Part shown: positions 40,901-49,725 of the stretch, piece by piece
How positions within the stretch are numbered: the first letter of the stretch is position 1
Layout of the letters: each line of letters starts with the position of its first letter
Origin: Patescibacteria group bacterium
Lineage (GTDB): Bacteria; Patescibacteriota; Minisyncoccia; Phycocordibacterales; UBA9973
Length of the DNA stretch: 64,000 nucleotides
Assembly: GCA_038063535.1 (NCBI GenBank)
Contig: JBBTUV010000001.1
Coordinates: 21,570 to 85,569, forward strand
Direction: 5' to 3'
Position numbers and translations under genes: made by a program
The notes under the pieces: model-generated
Seen by the model: only the letters and a program-made list of their open reading frames with translations
Told to the model about the DNA's origin: nothing
Database searches by the model: none

Positions 40901-41846
40901 TTTGGGTAATGGAAGTAGCAGTGGGACTGGAAAGAGTCGGGGCAGTACATGATAGTAAATAATTAAGCGGCATGTCGTAATTTCCTCCAGCCGAAGCGGT
41001 AACTGAAGAAACGGGGCTGCCAGGGGGGCAAGCATATCCGAGCGGAGCAGAGTCGCAATATAAATTGTAAGTCCCGGGAGATAGATTCGAATTTGTGGTT
41101 AGAGTATTAAAAGTTCCGGATGGCCCAATTAAGCGCCAGGTTCCGCCGGAAGGATTGGGGATAACATTGATGGTGGCTTCAGTCGAAGCATAAGTAATCG
41201 CAAAGGTTAGCGTCCCACCTGGGCCGACGGAAGCAGTCGGACCGGGGCTGATTGACTGGACAGAGTAACTTGGGGGCGGTGTGACACTAATAGTGTAATT
41301 TGTGCTGGGTGAGCGGGGCTTTACGTTTGTATTAGAAGCTCCCGTGTAGTTTCCAGGAGTAATTGTCCAGCTTCCACCACTAACGGGACTTTGAGTAACA
41401 TTGATTGTTGCTTTCGGTCTTACATCAATACTAGTCCAGGCGCCAAGATAATAGCAGTTCCCATTGCAATTGCTTATCGCCCAGGTGGTGTTGGTTTGGG
41501 TGCCATTGGTTAAACCCAAGAGATTCAAGTTCCCAAACTCCGGTATTGGACTGACAAACCCCGGCGGACAAGGATATTGAGGGGTGGATGGAGTTCCCGT
41601 TTGATTGGTGCGACAGAGCCATTCGTTTGTATTTGATCCTACGAGCTCAAAGTTGCCAGTAGTCCCAGTGGTGATAAGTGGCCATGGGCTTGTCTGAGGC
41701 GCTCCTCCACCGAGTACTCCGGTCGTGCACTGGGTTCCCATATCATCGAGAACACAAACAGTTAAATCTGCCGCGCTAGCGTTGTTAGAGAAAGCAAAAA
41801 ACAAAAAGGCTAAGAAAAGAGAGAGTAATAATAATTTTACTTTCAT
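37968..41846 (-). CDS. Large modular surface protein (FN3-like, CARDB-like, PKD and Cys/Asp repeats)
   Basis: Signal peptide; ESNEGNNC x2; PPVANAGPD...FRLTATDNNG; CSDGxDN repeats x3. Confidence 0.85.
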   Translation of the reverse strand: MKVKLLLLSLFLAFLFFAFSNNASAADLTVCVLDDMGTQCTTGVLGGGAPQTSPWPLITTGTTGNFELVGSNTNEWLCRTNQTGTPSTPQYPCPPGFVSPIPEFGNLNLLGLTNGTQTNTTWAISNCNGNCYYLGAWTSIDVRPKATINVTQSPVSGGSWTITPGNYTGASNTNVKPRSPSTNYTISVTPPPSYSVQSISPGPTASVGPGGTLTFAITYASTEATINVIPNPSGGTWRLIGPSGTFNTLTTNSNLSPGTYNLYCDSAPLGYACPPGSPVSSVTASAGGNYDMPLNYLLSCTAPTLSSPTATSITQTGATLGATVTSNGGCALTARGTVWGTSPSPTGNQLAEGGTAVSAFSHVRTGMSCGTTYRYRGYAINSDGLIGYSSDGTFTTVACPAPDLVAGAPTPTSATAGSSTTFSSTITNNGNASTGSSFTNAFQFDNDADHSTVYAGQTSASIGPLAASGSAGTSSSYTFPSSGTWYVRVCADNNGSMTDGTIGESNEGNNCSASWVAVTVNPAPVMSGTLSASDCTITSGASSCTSSLSWSTTNPVATSSVTSNKNNSGASSPNFLVATGNSGSTTAPVFGGSPNGTRLFELYNNSQFLSGDTAVATCTAGTAWSGALCANIPPVANAGPDKPITLPTSTSAPTSTSATDTAPGTISTTVWSFISGPGPIPTITNGGTLTPSFSNMTTAGSYIFRLTATDNNGATGTDDMQVTVSNALVMSGTLSGPNCIILLNASSCTTTLSWTVTNPEVVLGSNVTSNTNDTGAASPNFIIAPLVTTGTVDSGTKAGVIIPYSSRTFFLNNNTKSLYPTSPSGGGLTITASCTSGTGWNGTICATNVIPTVTTPTSSAITSSSATLGATVTSLGVPALISARGVCYGTLANPGLGGLNGGTCVTAALSQTVPSAFTAGVSGLSASTTYNYRGYATNTTGTGYTSNTTFATGAAGCTPGIDLTVLGGVSPTTATVGVGQQFTGTVTNGGCSGTGASFLNFFQLSNSANGGSPVFTAISQNNMLALGGATSAGATSSSHNFTSAGTYSVRLCADLDMDMTPAAGLIAESNEGNNCSSPWTNVTVSAVAPPPECSDVSNNDADAWTDYPNDPGCTNASDPTESPNPQCSDGSDNDGDGNTDYPSDPSCSSISDPDEANPPQCSDGIDNTDPEDTLVDLADPGCANGSDNDETNLAGLSVSCSTGIASALINQQVTWTASASGGSGVYPSYVWNGTDVSGGTGNPFYKTYTTSGQKSLSVVVTDSLGATGNANCTTSIGVSTLPVYRVPGFIED

Positions 41847-41904
41847 GTAAATAATTATAGCACAGAATAATCACGTAATTAATGCAAGCGGAAGTGTGGA
41901 AAAG

Positions 41905-41935
41905 AAGAATCCCCGCCTGGTATGACGGGGTTCTT
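41905..41935 (-). terminator. Hairpin terminator
   Basis: AAGAA(T)CCCCG...CGGGGTTCTT, followed by CTTTT on the minus strand. Confidence 0.55.
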
Positions 41936-41955
41936 GGACCGACCTTGTCGGGCCA

Positions 41956-43437
41956 CTACTTCAGCCGCGGAAAGTGCTCATGCACGATTCGCGGGATAAG
42001 GTTCTTTGGAAGTTCGCGCCGCGGCGGAGACTGAATAGCCGCCAGCGAGAGCGAAGCGAAGGGGGCTCCCGGCGCAGAGAGCGACCCCTGCAACCCGTCT
42101 GCTCCCACCCAATAGAACGCGTCCCAGGGCTCATCGCGCTCTTCGCGCTCGCCGTTATACACCCACGCCCGGCCAATATCGCTGTTGTACTCCCGCCGTA
42201 GTGCCAAGAGGTCTTCGGCAGAGAGAACATAAGCGATATCCTGCTTTTGTATAGGGGTCGGGCTGGTGACAGGTGGACAACCGGCAGTCCGCATGTTGCT
42301 AAGCCACATGCAGGTATGACCTACGGCCGGGATGGCATGGGAGAGCTCGTGATGAGCCCCCTGTGGACCGTATTTCCTGAGGTACGATGAATCCATCGTA
42401 ATCGAGCCCGTCCACCAATCCCTCACCAGACCGCCGAACGACGCCGCGAGGACATTGTCCTTGATGAAGACGAGTATCCCGCTGTCTGCGGCCTCGCTCT
42501 TGCTTGCGAGGACTACCCGTTCCTGGCAATACGCCCGATTCATCGAATCGAGCACCTCTGCCTGGAACCGGGCCAGGAACCCTGCCGGCGGGTCCTCGTT
42601 GAATCCGACCTTCGCCGGGAATTGTAACCAACCGCCATCCATGTAGAGCCACCCTCGTCCATCTGGGTGCATGACTCTATGGTAGAAGGAGAAGTTAGTC
42701 GGCTGTTCCGGAGTTGGTAATGGAACGGTGTAGGCTTTCCGGTAGTCGATCGGGACCGATACCGCCGGCCCCGACGTTGCGCAGACCGGAGTCGTCCGGA
42801 TTCTCGCGATCATCGGAATTGCCGATGTCCGCCAGTATTCCGGACCAGTGAGTCCGCACATCCACTTGAGATCTGCATCCCCACGGAAACACACGGGAAC
42901 GTTCGCCATCCCGACGTAGCGCGAATTGAGATTGTTGCGCCCGTCGGGACCGGTAAGTGCAGAGTCTCTGGGCCCATCCTTCGGACCCATCACTGCCCAG
43001 ACTCTTGGAAAGTACTTCCTTCCCAGGGAGTCGCGGGCCGCGACTTGCCTCTGGTCCATCCGGAGTGTGACGGAAACTTCGCTGCACTTTTGGACGGGAA
43101 CTGCCCCGTCGGACTCCGATCTTGCGCACCATTCCTGAGACGCAAGAGGCGGGATCATCCCATCCGCATTGCACGGATACGAAATCCCGGAGAGAGTGCA
43201 GGTAAAGGTGACGGGCTTCCCGAGCGAACTCGTCGCGCTGACCGAGATCGTAAGGTGGGCCTTGGGGAAATCCGGCAAACCGGACTGTGGGACAGTCGCA
43301 GGCGCCGTTGCCGAGAACGCTGTGATAACGTTCACCGGTGGTGGGGGCGGGGGTGGGGGCGGTTCGACCGGGGTCGGGCCGCAAGCGATTGCAAATGCGG
43401 CCATCAGGCCGCAGATGCGCGGCGAGATAGGACGCAT
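41956..43437 (-). CDS. Putative lipoprotein with a zinc-metallopeptidase motif
   Basis: GGAGG before ATG 43437; lipobox-like AIAC; poly-Pro linker; HELSH...GH and downstream Met. Confidence 0.7.
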   Translation of the reverse strand: MRPISPRICGLMAAFAIACGPTPVEPPPPPPPPPVNVITAFSATAPATVPQSGLPDFPKAHLTISVSATSSLGKPVTFTCTLSGISYPCNADGMIPPLASQEWCARSESDGAVPVQKCSEVSVTLRMDQRQVAARDSLGRKYFPRVWAVMGPKDGPRDSALTGPDGRNNLNSRYVGMANVPVCFRGDADLKWMCGLTGPEYWRTSAIPMIARIRTTPVCATSGPAVSVPIDYRKAYTVPLPTPEQPTNFSFYHRVMHPDGRGWLYMDGGWLQFPAKVGFNEDPPAGFLARFQAEVLDSMNRAYCQERVVLASKSEAADSGILVFIKDNVLAASFGGLVRDWWTGSITMDSSYLRKYGPQGAHHELSHAIPAVGHTCMWLSNMRTAGCPPVTSPTPIQKQDIAYVLSAEDLLALRREYNSDIGRAWVYNGEREERDEPWDAFYWVGADGLQGSLSAPGAPFASLSLAAIQSPPRRELPKNLIPRIVHEHFPRLK

Positions 43438-43580
43438 TGTAACCTCCAAAAGTTGTAGAAAGAGCGGGCGCGGGATTGCGCCTTTTCAGTCTTATTTAAC
43501 GCCTAAATTCAGCTAAAATCAAGGTTTTCCACGTGTGCACAGCAAGTGGAAAAGTCAAAATATGCTTGAAACTAAAGGGT

Positions 43581-43647
43581 TTGCGTTCGCAAGAAAAGCA
43601 TGATAGTATACCTGTATATAGTCCTCGAAAGCGGGACTATTTTAGTT
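43581..43647 (+). promoter_or_regulatory. nusA promoter and leader hairpin (attenuator-like)
   Basis: TTGCGT-17-TAGTAT (with TG), then ATAGTCC...GGACTAT hairpin and weak T-tract. Confidence 0.65.
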
Positions 43648-43666
43648 AGGAGCGAAGTGAGTAACT

Positions 43667-43950
43667 ACCCTGTTAAATGATTTCAAGTAAAGGAAAATTT
43701 TACTACATATATGTCCTTCTATCTCACGCGGATAAGAAGTTCTATGTAGGATATGCAAATAACTTGAAATCACGATTTGAGCAGCACGTGAAAGGCTCAG
43801 TCCTTTCTACGAAAAATCGAAGACCGTTAGAATTAATTTACTCTGAGGCCTGCCTTGATAAACGCGACGCAATGCATCGAGAAAGATACCTGAAGACATT
43901 TCACGGTAAACAATTTCTGAGAAATAGGCTCAAATCGTATTTAACAGGGT
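43667..43950 (+). mobile_element. Inverted-repeat-bounded GIY-YIG element
   Basis: Perfect 12-bp IR ACCCTGTTAAAT / ATTTAACAGGGT enclosing the ORF. Confidence 0.65.
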
Positions 43951-43952
43951 GA
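43677..43952 (+). CDS. Stand-alone GIY-YIG endonuclease
   Basis: YIYVL...FYVGY...RFEQH...ELIYSE...A.HRERYLK. Confidence 0.92.
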   Translation: MISSKGKFYYIYVLLSHADKKFYVGYANNLKSRFEQHVKGSVLSTKNRRPLELIYSEACLDKRDAMHRERYLKTFHGKQFLRNRLKSYLTG

Positions 43953-43990
43953 AGATTTTTATACTCATTACCATTCGTTAAAAATCATTC

Positions 43991-45133
43991 ATGCTTGACC
44001 TAAAAACATTCAAATCCGCCCTCGAACAGCTCGAGGAAGAGCGCAAAATACCGAAAGAAAAAATCCTCGATGCCATCGAGCAGGCGATGGCCGCCGCCTA
44101 CAAGAAAGATTACGGCAAAAAGGGTCAGATCATCCGCGCCAAGTTCGATCTTGATACGGGCAAAACCGATTTCTATAAAGTGAAGATCGTGGTTGATGAT
44201 TCGATCGTGCGGATGGAGGACGAAGAACTGAAAGAGAACGACGAACGCGTGCTTTTCAACTCTGAGCATCATATTCTCATTGCTGATGCGAGGAAAATTA
44301 AGAAGGATGTCGAGCAGAACGACGAAGTGGTCTTTCCGCTCGAAGCCAAAGACGATTACGGCCGCATCGCCGCGCAAACCGCTAAGCAAGTCATCATCCA
44401 GAAGATCCGGGAGGCGGAACGAAGCTCGATCATCGACGAATACGGCACTAAAGAGGGAGAGATCATCTCTGGCATCGTGCAGAAGGTCGAGCGTGGCAAT
44501 GTCTACGTCGACTTCAACCGCGCAACCGGGATACTTCCGGCCGAAGAGCAGATCCCAGGCGAGTATCTCGAGCGCGGAGTGCGGGCGCGGGCATACTTGT
44601 ATTCTGTCGAGGACACTCCGCGAGGAATCAATCTGCGTCTCTCCCGCACTCACCCAAAATTTTTGGAAAAACTTTTCGCGATTGAAGCGCCAGAGATCGC
44701 GAGCGGCGTGGTGGAAGTAAAATCGGTCGCCCGCGAAGCCGGTTCACGCTCGAAGATCGCGGTTCACTCGCTCGACGAGCATATCGATCCGGTCGGCTCT
44801 TGCGTCGGCCAGCGCGGGACCCGCGTGAACACCGTGACGAGCGAGCTTGCCGGCGAAAAGATCGACATCATTCCTTGGTCAGAAGACACAAAACAATTTA
44901 TCACAAACGCACTCTCCCCCGCGAAAGTCACCTCTATCGAGCTCGACGAGGGGGAACACAAGGCGACCGTGGAGGTCGCCCCCGACCAGTTATCGCTCGC
45001 TATCGGAAAGGGCGGACAGAACGTGCGCCTCGCGGCCAAACTTACCGGCTGGAGGATAGATATTAAATCAAGTGGGGCGGAGGCAGAAAAGAAAGGGGGC
45101 GAGGAAAAAGAAAATATCGAAGAGGGAAATTAA
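43991..45133 (+). CDS. nusA: Transcription termination factor NusA
   Basis: GRIAAQTAKQ, SRTHP, AREAGSRSK, DPVGSCVG, AIGKGGQNVRLA. Confidence 0.98.
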   Translation: MLDLKTFKSALEQLEEERKIPKEKILDAIEQAMAAAYKKDYGKKGQIIRAKFDLDTGKTDFYKVKIVVDDSIVRMEDEELKENDERVLFNSEHHILIADARKIKKDVEQNDEVVFPLEAKDDYGRIAAQTAKQVIIQKIREAERSSIIDEYGTKEGEIISGIVQKVERGNVYVDFNRATGILPAEEQIPGEYLERGVRARAYLYSVEDTPRGINLRLSRTHPKFLEKLFAIEAPEIASGVVEVKSVAREAGSRSKIAVHSLDEHIDPVGSCVGQRGTRVNTVTSELAGEKIDIIPWSEDTKQFITNALSPAKVTSIELDEGEHKATVEVAPDQLSLAIGKGGQNVRLAAKLTGWRIDIKSSGAEAEKKGGEEKENIEEGN

Positions 45134-45151
45134 TAAATTATAATTAAAGAC

Positions 45152-47146
45152 ATGAATACATATCTTTGGTTTGCAGTGCTAAGCTCGGTGGTCGCAATCG
45201 TCTATGGATTATTCCTGGCCAGATCGATACTCAAGAAAAGCGAGGGCGACGAGAAGATGAAAAAGATATCTCTCGCCATCCGCGAGGGCGCAAAGGCGTA
45301 TTTGAACCGCCAGTACAAGACGATCGCTTACATCGCCGCGATCCTTTTCGTGATCCTCTGGCTTTTCATTGGTCTTACCACCGCGCTCGGGTTCCTCTTC
45401 GGCGCATTTCTCTCCGCGCTGGCCGGATACGTGGGCATGAATGTCTCGGTCCGCGCGAATGCCCGCACTGCCGAAGCCGCAAAAACCGGACTCAAAGAAT
45501 CCCTCGCGCTTGCGTTTCAGGGCGGCTCGGTTACGGGGCTACTTGTCGTCGGGCTTGCGCTTCTCGGCGTTGCTCTATTTTTCATATTGACTGGTGACGT
45601 GAAAGCGCTCATCGGCCTCGGGTTCGGCGGCTCACTCATCTCGGTCTTTGCGCGGCTGGGCGGCGGAATTTTCACCAAAGCGGCTGACGTGGGCGCGGAT
45701 CTCGTCGGTAAAATCGAAGCTGGTATTCCGGAAGACGATCCGCGAAACCCGGCAGTGATCGCGGACAACGTGGGAGACAACGTCGGCGACTGCGCTGGTA
45801 TGGCAGCGGACCTTTTCGAAACTTATGCGGTGACATCGATCGCCGCCATGCTCCTCGGTTCGCTTCTCTTTGTGGGAATGGCAGGCGCTCTTATATACCC
45901 CCTCGCGCTCGGCGCAGCGGCAGTGCTCGCCTCGATCGCTGGCACTTGGTTCGTGCGGTTAGGAAAAGGAGGAAATATTATGGGCGCTCTATATAAGGGG
46001 CTCATCGCCTCGGGGACAATCTCCGCAATTCTTTTCTACCCGCTCACTAACGCCCTCATGGGCGCAAACGGCATCTACAGCACCGCCGCCCTATATCTTG
46101 CAACGCTCCTAGGCCTTGCCGTCACAGGACTCTTGGTGCTTATCACTGAGTATTACACCTCCACGAAATTCAAGCCGGTCAGATCGATCGCCGAAGCTTC
46201 TCGCTCTGGCCATGGTACCAACATCATCCAGGGTCTCGCAGTCTCGATGAAATCGACAGCGCTTCCTGTCATTGTGATCGTCGGCGGAATTCTCGCCGCC
46301 CATGAACTTGCAGGACTCTACGGTATCGCCATCGCTGCGATGTCGATGCTTTCGATGGCCGGTATCATCGTCGCGATAGATTCTTACGGGCCGATCACCG
46401 ACAATGCCGGGGGTATCGCCGAGATGGCCGGGCTGCCAGCCGAAGTCCGAAAAGTCACGGATGCACTCGACGCAGTCGGCAACACCACTAAAGCTGTCAC
46501 CAAAGGCTACGCCATCGGCTCGGCCGGCCTCGCGGCACTCGTTCTCTTCGCTTCTTACACGCAAGAGTTCTCCGGAGCCGGAGTGCAGCTCGATTTCTCA
46601 CTTGAGAATCCACTTCTTATCGCCGGGCTTTTCATCGGAGGACTTCTCCCCTATTGGTTCGGAGCACTTTCAATGGAAGCAGTCGGGAGAGCAGCCGGGG
46701 CGGTCGTCGAAGAAGTGCGGAGGCAGTTCCGCGAGATCAAGGGCATCATGGACGGCAGCGGTGCACCGGAATACGGCAAGTGTGTAGACATCGTCACCAA
46801 AAACGCGATACGCGAGATGATAGTGCCTGCTCTTATCCCGGTGCTTGCTCCGATACTGGTGGGATTTCTCCTGGGTCCGGTTGCGCTCGGAGGACTCTTG
46901 ATGGGCTCGATCATTACCGGGCTTTTCGTGGCTATCTCGATGACTTCCGGGGGCGGAGCTTGGGACAATGCGAAGAAATATATCGAAGCCGGGAATTTGG
47001 GCGGTAAGGGCTCGGATGCACACAAGGCCGCCGTTACCGGCGACACCGTCGGCGACCCGTATAAAGACACGGCCGGCCCGGCAATAAACCCGATGATAAA
47101 AATACTCAATATCGTTGCCTTGCTTCTGGTCGCCCTCTTGATATAA
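45152..47146 (+). CDS. hppA: Membrane H+-translocating pyrophosphatase (K+-independent type)
   Basis: [46 protein letters not shown]. Confidence 0.96.
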   Translation: MNTYLWFAVLSSVVAIVYGLFLARSILKKSEGDEKMKKISLAIREGAKAYLNRQYKTIAYIAAILFVILWLFIGLTTALGFLFGAFLSALAGYVGMNVSVRANARTAEAAKTGLKESLALAFQGGSVTGLLVVGLALLGVALFFILTGDVKALIGLGFGGSLISVFARLGGGIFTKAADVGADLVGKIEAGIPEDDPRNPAVIADNVGDNVGDCAGMAADLFETYAVTSIAAMLLGSLLFVGMAGALIYPLALGAAAVLASIAGTWFVRLGKGGNIMGALYKGLIASGTISAILFYPLTNALMGANGIYSTAALYLATLLGLAVTGLLVLITEYYTSTKFKPVRSIAEASRSGHGTNIIQGLAVSMKSTALPVIVIVGGILAAHELAGLYGIAIAAMSMLSMAGIIVAIDSYGPITDNAGGIAEMAGLPAEVRKVTDALDAVGNTTKAVTKGYAIGSAGLAALVLFASYTQEFSGAGVQLDFSLENPLLIAGLFIGGLLPYWFGALSMEAVGRAAGAVVEEVRRQFREIKGIMDGSGAPEYGKCVDIVTKNAIREMIVPALIPVLAPILVGFLLGPVALGGLLMGSIITGLFVAISMTSGGGAWDNAKKYIEAGNLGGKGSDAHKAAVTGDTVGDPYKDTAGPAINPMIKILNIVALLLVALLI

Positions 47147-47153
47147 TTTGGGT

Positions 47154-47786
47154 ATGATTAAACTCACTAGGTTTTGCGCGGTCCTTTTACTAGTTTCAGC
47201 TTTTTCTCTCACGGCACTGGCAGAAGATAGTGGAAGAGGAAAAGAACGACCATTTATGCAGTTTGCACCTGGAGGGCAAACCTGGAGAGAGGAAACGAGG
47301 GAGGCGCGCGAGGCTTTCCACGAGAAACTCCGCACAGAAAGAGAGAAATTCCTGGCGGAGCTCAGAGCAAAGAAGGAGGAGTGGAAAAATGCCACCGATG
47401 TTCGAAAGCGCGCATTCTGCGGAGTGGCCACGGATATCGTGAAAAGACGATTCGGAGTTGCAACCGGAGCGCTAGAGGCAATCCAGGCACGAGTCGAGAG
47501 CGCAATTGAGAAACTCACCGACGAGGGCAAAGATACCAGCGCTGCTGAAGAAGCACTTGATGTTTCAGAAGCCAAGCTCGCTGAAGCAAAAGAAAAAGCC
47601 GAAGATATAAAAGCCTTGATACCGGAGGGAGGCTGTAAGAATATTACGCCGGAGCTTTTCGAGCAAATAAAAACTCTCGCTCGGGAAGCGAAAGATCTTT
47701 TGAAAGAATCGAAGGAGAGCCTGCGCGAGGCGATCCAGGCTCTCAAAGATCTTCGCGGTAAGACCGACGAAGATGAATCTCAATAA
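47154..47786 (+). CDS. Secreted helical/coiled-coil hypothetical protein
   Basis: Signal peptide ending ALA; charged helices; TGATATAAT 6 nt before ATG 47154. Confidence 0.7.
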   Translation: MIKLTRFCAVLLLVSAFSLTALAEDSGRGKERPFMQFAPGGQTWREETREAREAFHEKLRTEREKFLAELRAKKEEWKNATDVRKRAFCGVATDIVKRRFGVATGALEAIQARVESAIEKLTDEGKDTSAAEEALDVSEAKLAEAKEKAEDIKALIPEGGCKNITPELFEQIKTLAREAKDLLKESKESLREAIQALKDLRGKTDEDESQ

Positions 47787-47806
47787 TTATTAAAAACATA
47801 AATTTT

Positions 47807-48070
47807 ATGGAACCAATGGATCAAACGATGCAAACACCAGAGAGCGAACCTAAAGGTAACGGGGCCCTGGTCGGCGCAGTAATCGTCGTCCTCCTCTTGA
47901 TCATCGGGGGTGTTTATTTCTGGAAAACAAACATGAAAAAGGAAGTGGCGCCTCCGGCTCCCGAGCAGGAAGATGTCGGCGACATGGGTGGGGAGGGCGT
48001 AAGCGCGGAGGGGAACCTCGAAGCGAACTTAAACAGCGTCGACTTAGATAGCTTGGACGAAGGGCTTTAA
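47807..48070 (+). CDS. Small single-TM protein with acidic tail
   Basis: GALVGAVIVVLLLIIGGVYFW. Confidence 0.7.
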   Translation: MEPMDQTMQTPESEPKGNGALVGAVIVVLLLIIGGVYFWKTNMKKEVAPPAPEQEDVGDMGGEGVSAEGNLEANLNSVDLDSLDEGL

Positions 48071-48083
48071 TCTAAAAAATGAG

Positions 48084-48164
48084 TCCCGTTAGAAGCCGCG
48101 GTCGCAGTTACCATAATAAAATATCAAGTAGTCACGGGCTGACCGCGACCTGCTTCTAACGGGA
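48084..48164. mobile_element. 81-bp MITE/REP-like hairpin element at the tig start
   Basis: 13-bp perfect IR TCCCGTTAGAAGC / GCTTCTAACGGGA, inner CGCGGTC / GACCGCG stem, TGAG on both flanks. Confidence 0.75.
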
Positions 48165-49009
48165 TGAGCGTGAAAATAACGAAGCTGCCTGGGTCCGAGG
48201 CGGAGATTCTCGGCGAGCTCCCGGCGGAGGTTTTTGAGTCGCACTACGTGCCAGCGCTCCAGAAAGTGGGTGAAGACGTGGAGATCCCCGGGTTTCGCAA
48301 AGGTAAAGCGCCCGAATCTGTGCTCCTCTCGCACGTCGGAGAGATGAAGGTCCTTGAGGAGATGGCGCAAGCGGCCCTCTCGGAAGAATACCCGAAAATT
48401 CTCGAGCGCGAGAAGCTCGATGCGATCGGGGCCCCGATGATCACTATCACCAAGCTTGCGCGGAGAAACCCGCTCGGGTTCAAGATCCGGACCGCGCTTC
48501 TTCCGGAAGTCAAATTACCGGACTATAAAAAAATCGCGAGAGGAATAAAGAGTGAAATCGAGAAAGAAGAAAAACCCACCTCCGAAGAAGAAAAGAACAA
48601 AGCTTCGGAAAAAACCAGGCTCAAGATCATAGAGAGAATAATCGAGGAATCGAAGATCGAGCTGCCGGCGCTCCTTGCCGAACTTGAACTCGATAAAATC
48701 CTCCACAAAATGGAGGCCGACATCTCCGCGATGGGCCTAAAGTTCGAAGATTATCTCGCGCACATAAAAAAGACCCGCGAAGATCTCCGTAAAGAGCTCC
48801 GGCCGGATGCGGAGAAGAAAGCGAAGTTCTCGCTCATCCTCGCCGAGATCGCAAAAGTAGAAAAACTCGAGCCTAGCAAAGAAGAAGTCGATCGCGAAGT
48901 CGCGCACATCCTCGAGCACTACAAAGACGCGGACCCTGTGCGCGCCCGGATGCACGCCGAGAACGTGCTCGCCAACGAAAAAGTTTTCGTGCTTCTCGAG
49001 AGCGCTTGA
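48164..49009 (+). CDS. tig: Trigger factor lacking the PPIase domain
   Basis: IPGFRKGKAP ribosome-binding motif; C-terminal domain; upstream of clpP; 281 aa. Confidence 0.92.
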   Translation: MSVKITKLPGSEAEILGELPAEVFESHYVPALQKVGEDVEIPGFRKGKAPESVLLSHVGEMKVLEEMAQAALSEEYPKILEREKLDAIGAPMITITKLARRNPLGFKIRTALLPEVKLPDYKKIARGIKSEIEKEEKPTSEEEKNKASEKTRLKIIERIIEESKIELPALLAELELDKILHKMEADISAMGLKFEDYLAHIKKTREDLRKELRPDAEKKAKFSLILAEIAKVEKLEPSKEEVDREVAHILEHYKDADPVRARMHAENVLANEKVFVLLESA

Positions 49010-49040
49010 TTTTTAGAAAATTTTCATATAAACTTGAAAA

Positions 49041-49652
49041 ATGTTAATTCCTACGGTTATTGAAAAATCTTCTTTTGGCGAGAGGGCTTATGATATTTAC
49101 TCGCGGCTTTTGCGCGAGCGGATTATTTTCCTGGGCGGGCCGATTGACGACCATACTGCGAACATCGTGATCGCTCAATTACTTTTCTTAGAATCTGAGG
49201 ACTCGAAGAAGGACATTTATCTTTACATAAATTCCCCCGGCGGTTCGGTGACTTCGACCATGGCGATCGTGGACACGATGAACCATGTGCGTCCGGACAT
49301 CTCAACTTTCTGCGTGGGCGTCGCGGCCTCCGGCGGCGCGATAATTCTTTCGGCCGGGAAAAAAGGCAAGCGCTACATCCTCCCGAACGCGGAAGTCATG
49401 ATCCATCAGCCGGCCGGCGGAGTGGAAGGCCAAGCCACGGATATTGCCATCACCGCCAAGCATATCTTAAAGACTCGCGACAATTTGAATAAACTCCTGG
49501 CCAAGAACACCGGCAAGCCCCTCTCGCAGGTAGAGAAAGACGTCGAGCGCGACTTCTTCATGGATGCAGAAGAAGCCAAGTCCTACGGCATCATCGACGA
49601 AATAGTCACTAAGTCGAAAGCCGCACCAAAAACAAACGGCAACTTGAAATAG
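49041..49652 (+). CDS. clpP: ATP-dependent Clp protease, proteolytic subunit
   Basis: [30 protein letters not shown]. Confidence 0.98.
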   Translation: MLIPTVIEKSSFGERAYDIYSRLLRERIIFLGGPIDDHTANIVIAQLLFLESEDSKKDIYLYINSPGGSVTSTMAIVDTMNHVRPDISTFCVGVAASGGAIILSAGKKGKRYILPNAEVMIHQPAGGVEGQATDIAITAKHILKTRDNLNKLLAKNTGKPLSQVEKDVERDFFMDAEEAKSYGIIDEIVTKSKAAPKTNGNLK

Positions 49653-49725
49653 TTGACGGAATCCACTAAATAATTTATAATAATCTTGAACTTTAGAGGC
49701 CTTACGGCCAGAGAGGAGCAACGCC

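Noticed and set aside
43526-43553. TTTTCCAC/GTGGAAAA motifs (also near 41895) as DnaA boxes marking oriC
   Set aside because: Few, mismatched to TTATCCACA, and no dnaA/dnaN or unwinding element nearby.
46670-47746. 358-aa minus-strand ORF
   Set aside because: Antisense to hppA and a Glu/Lys-rich gene; the Ser/Phe bias mirrors those codons.
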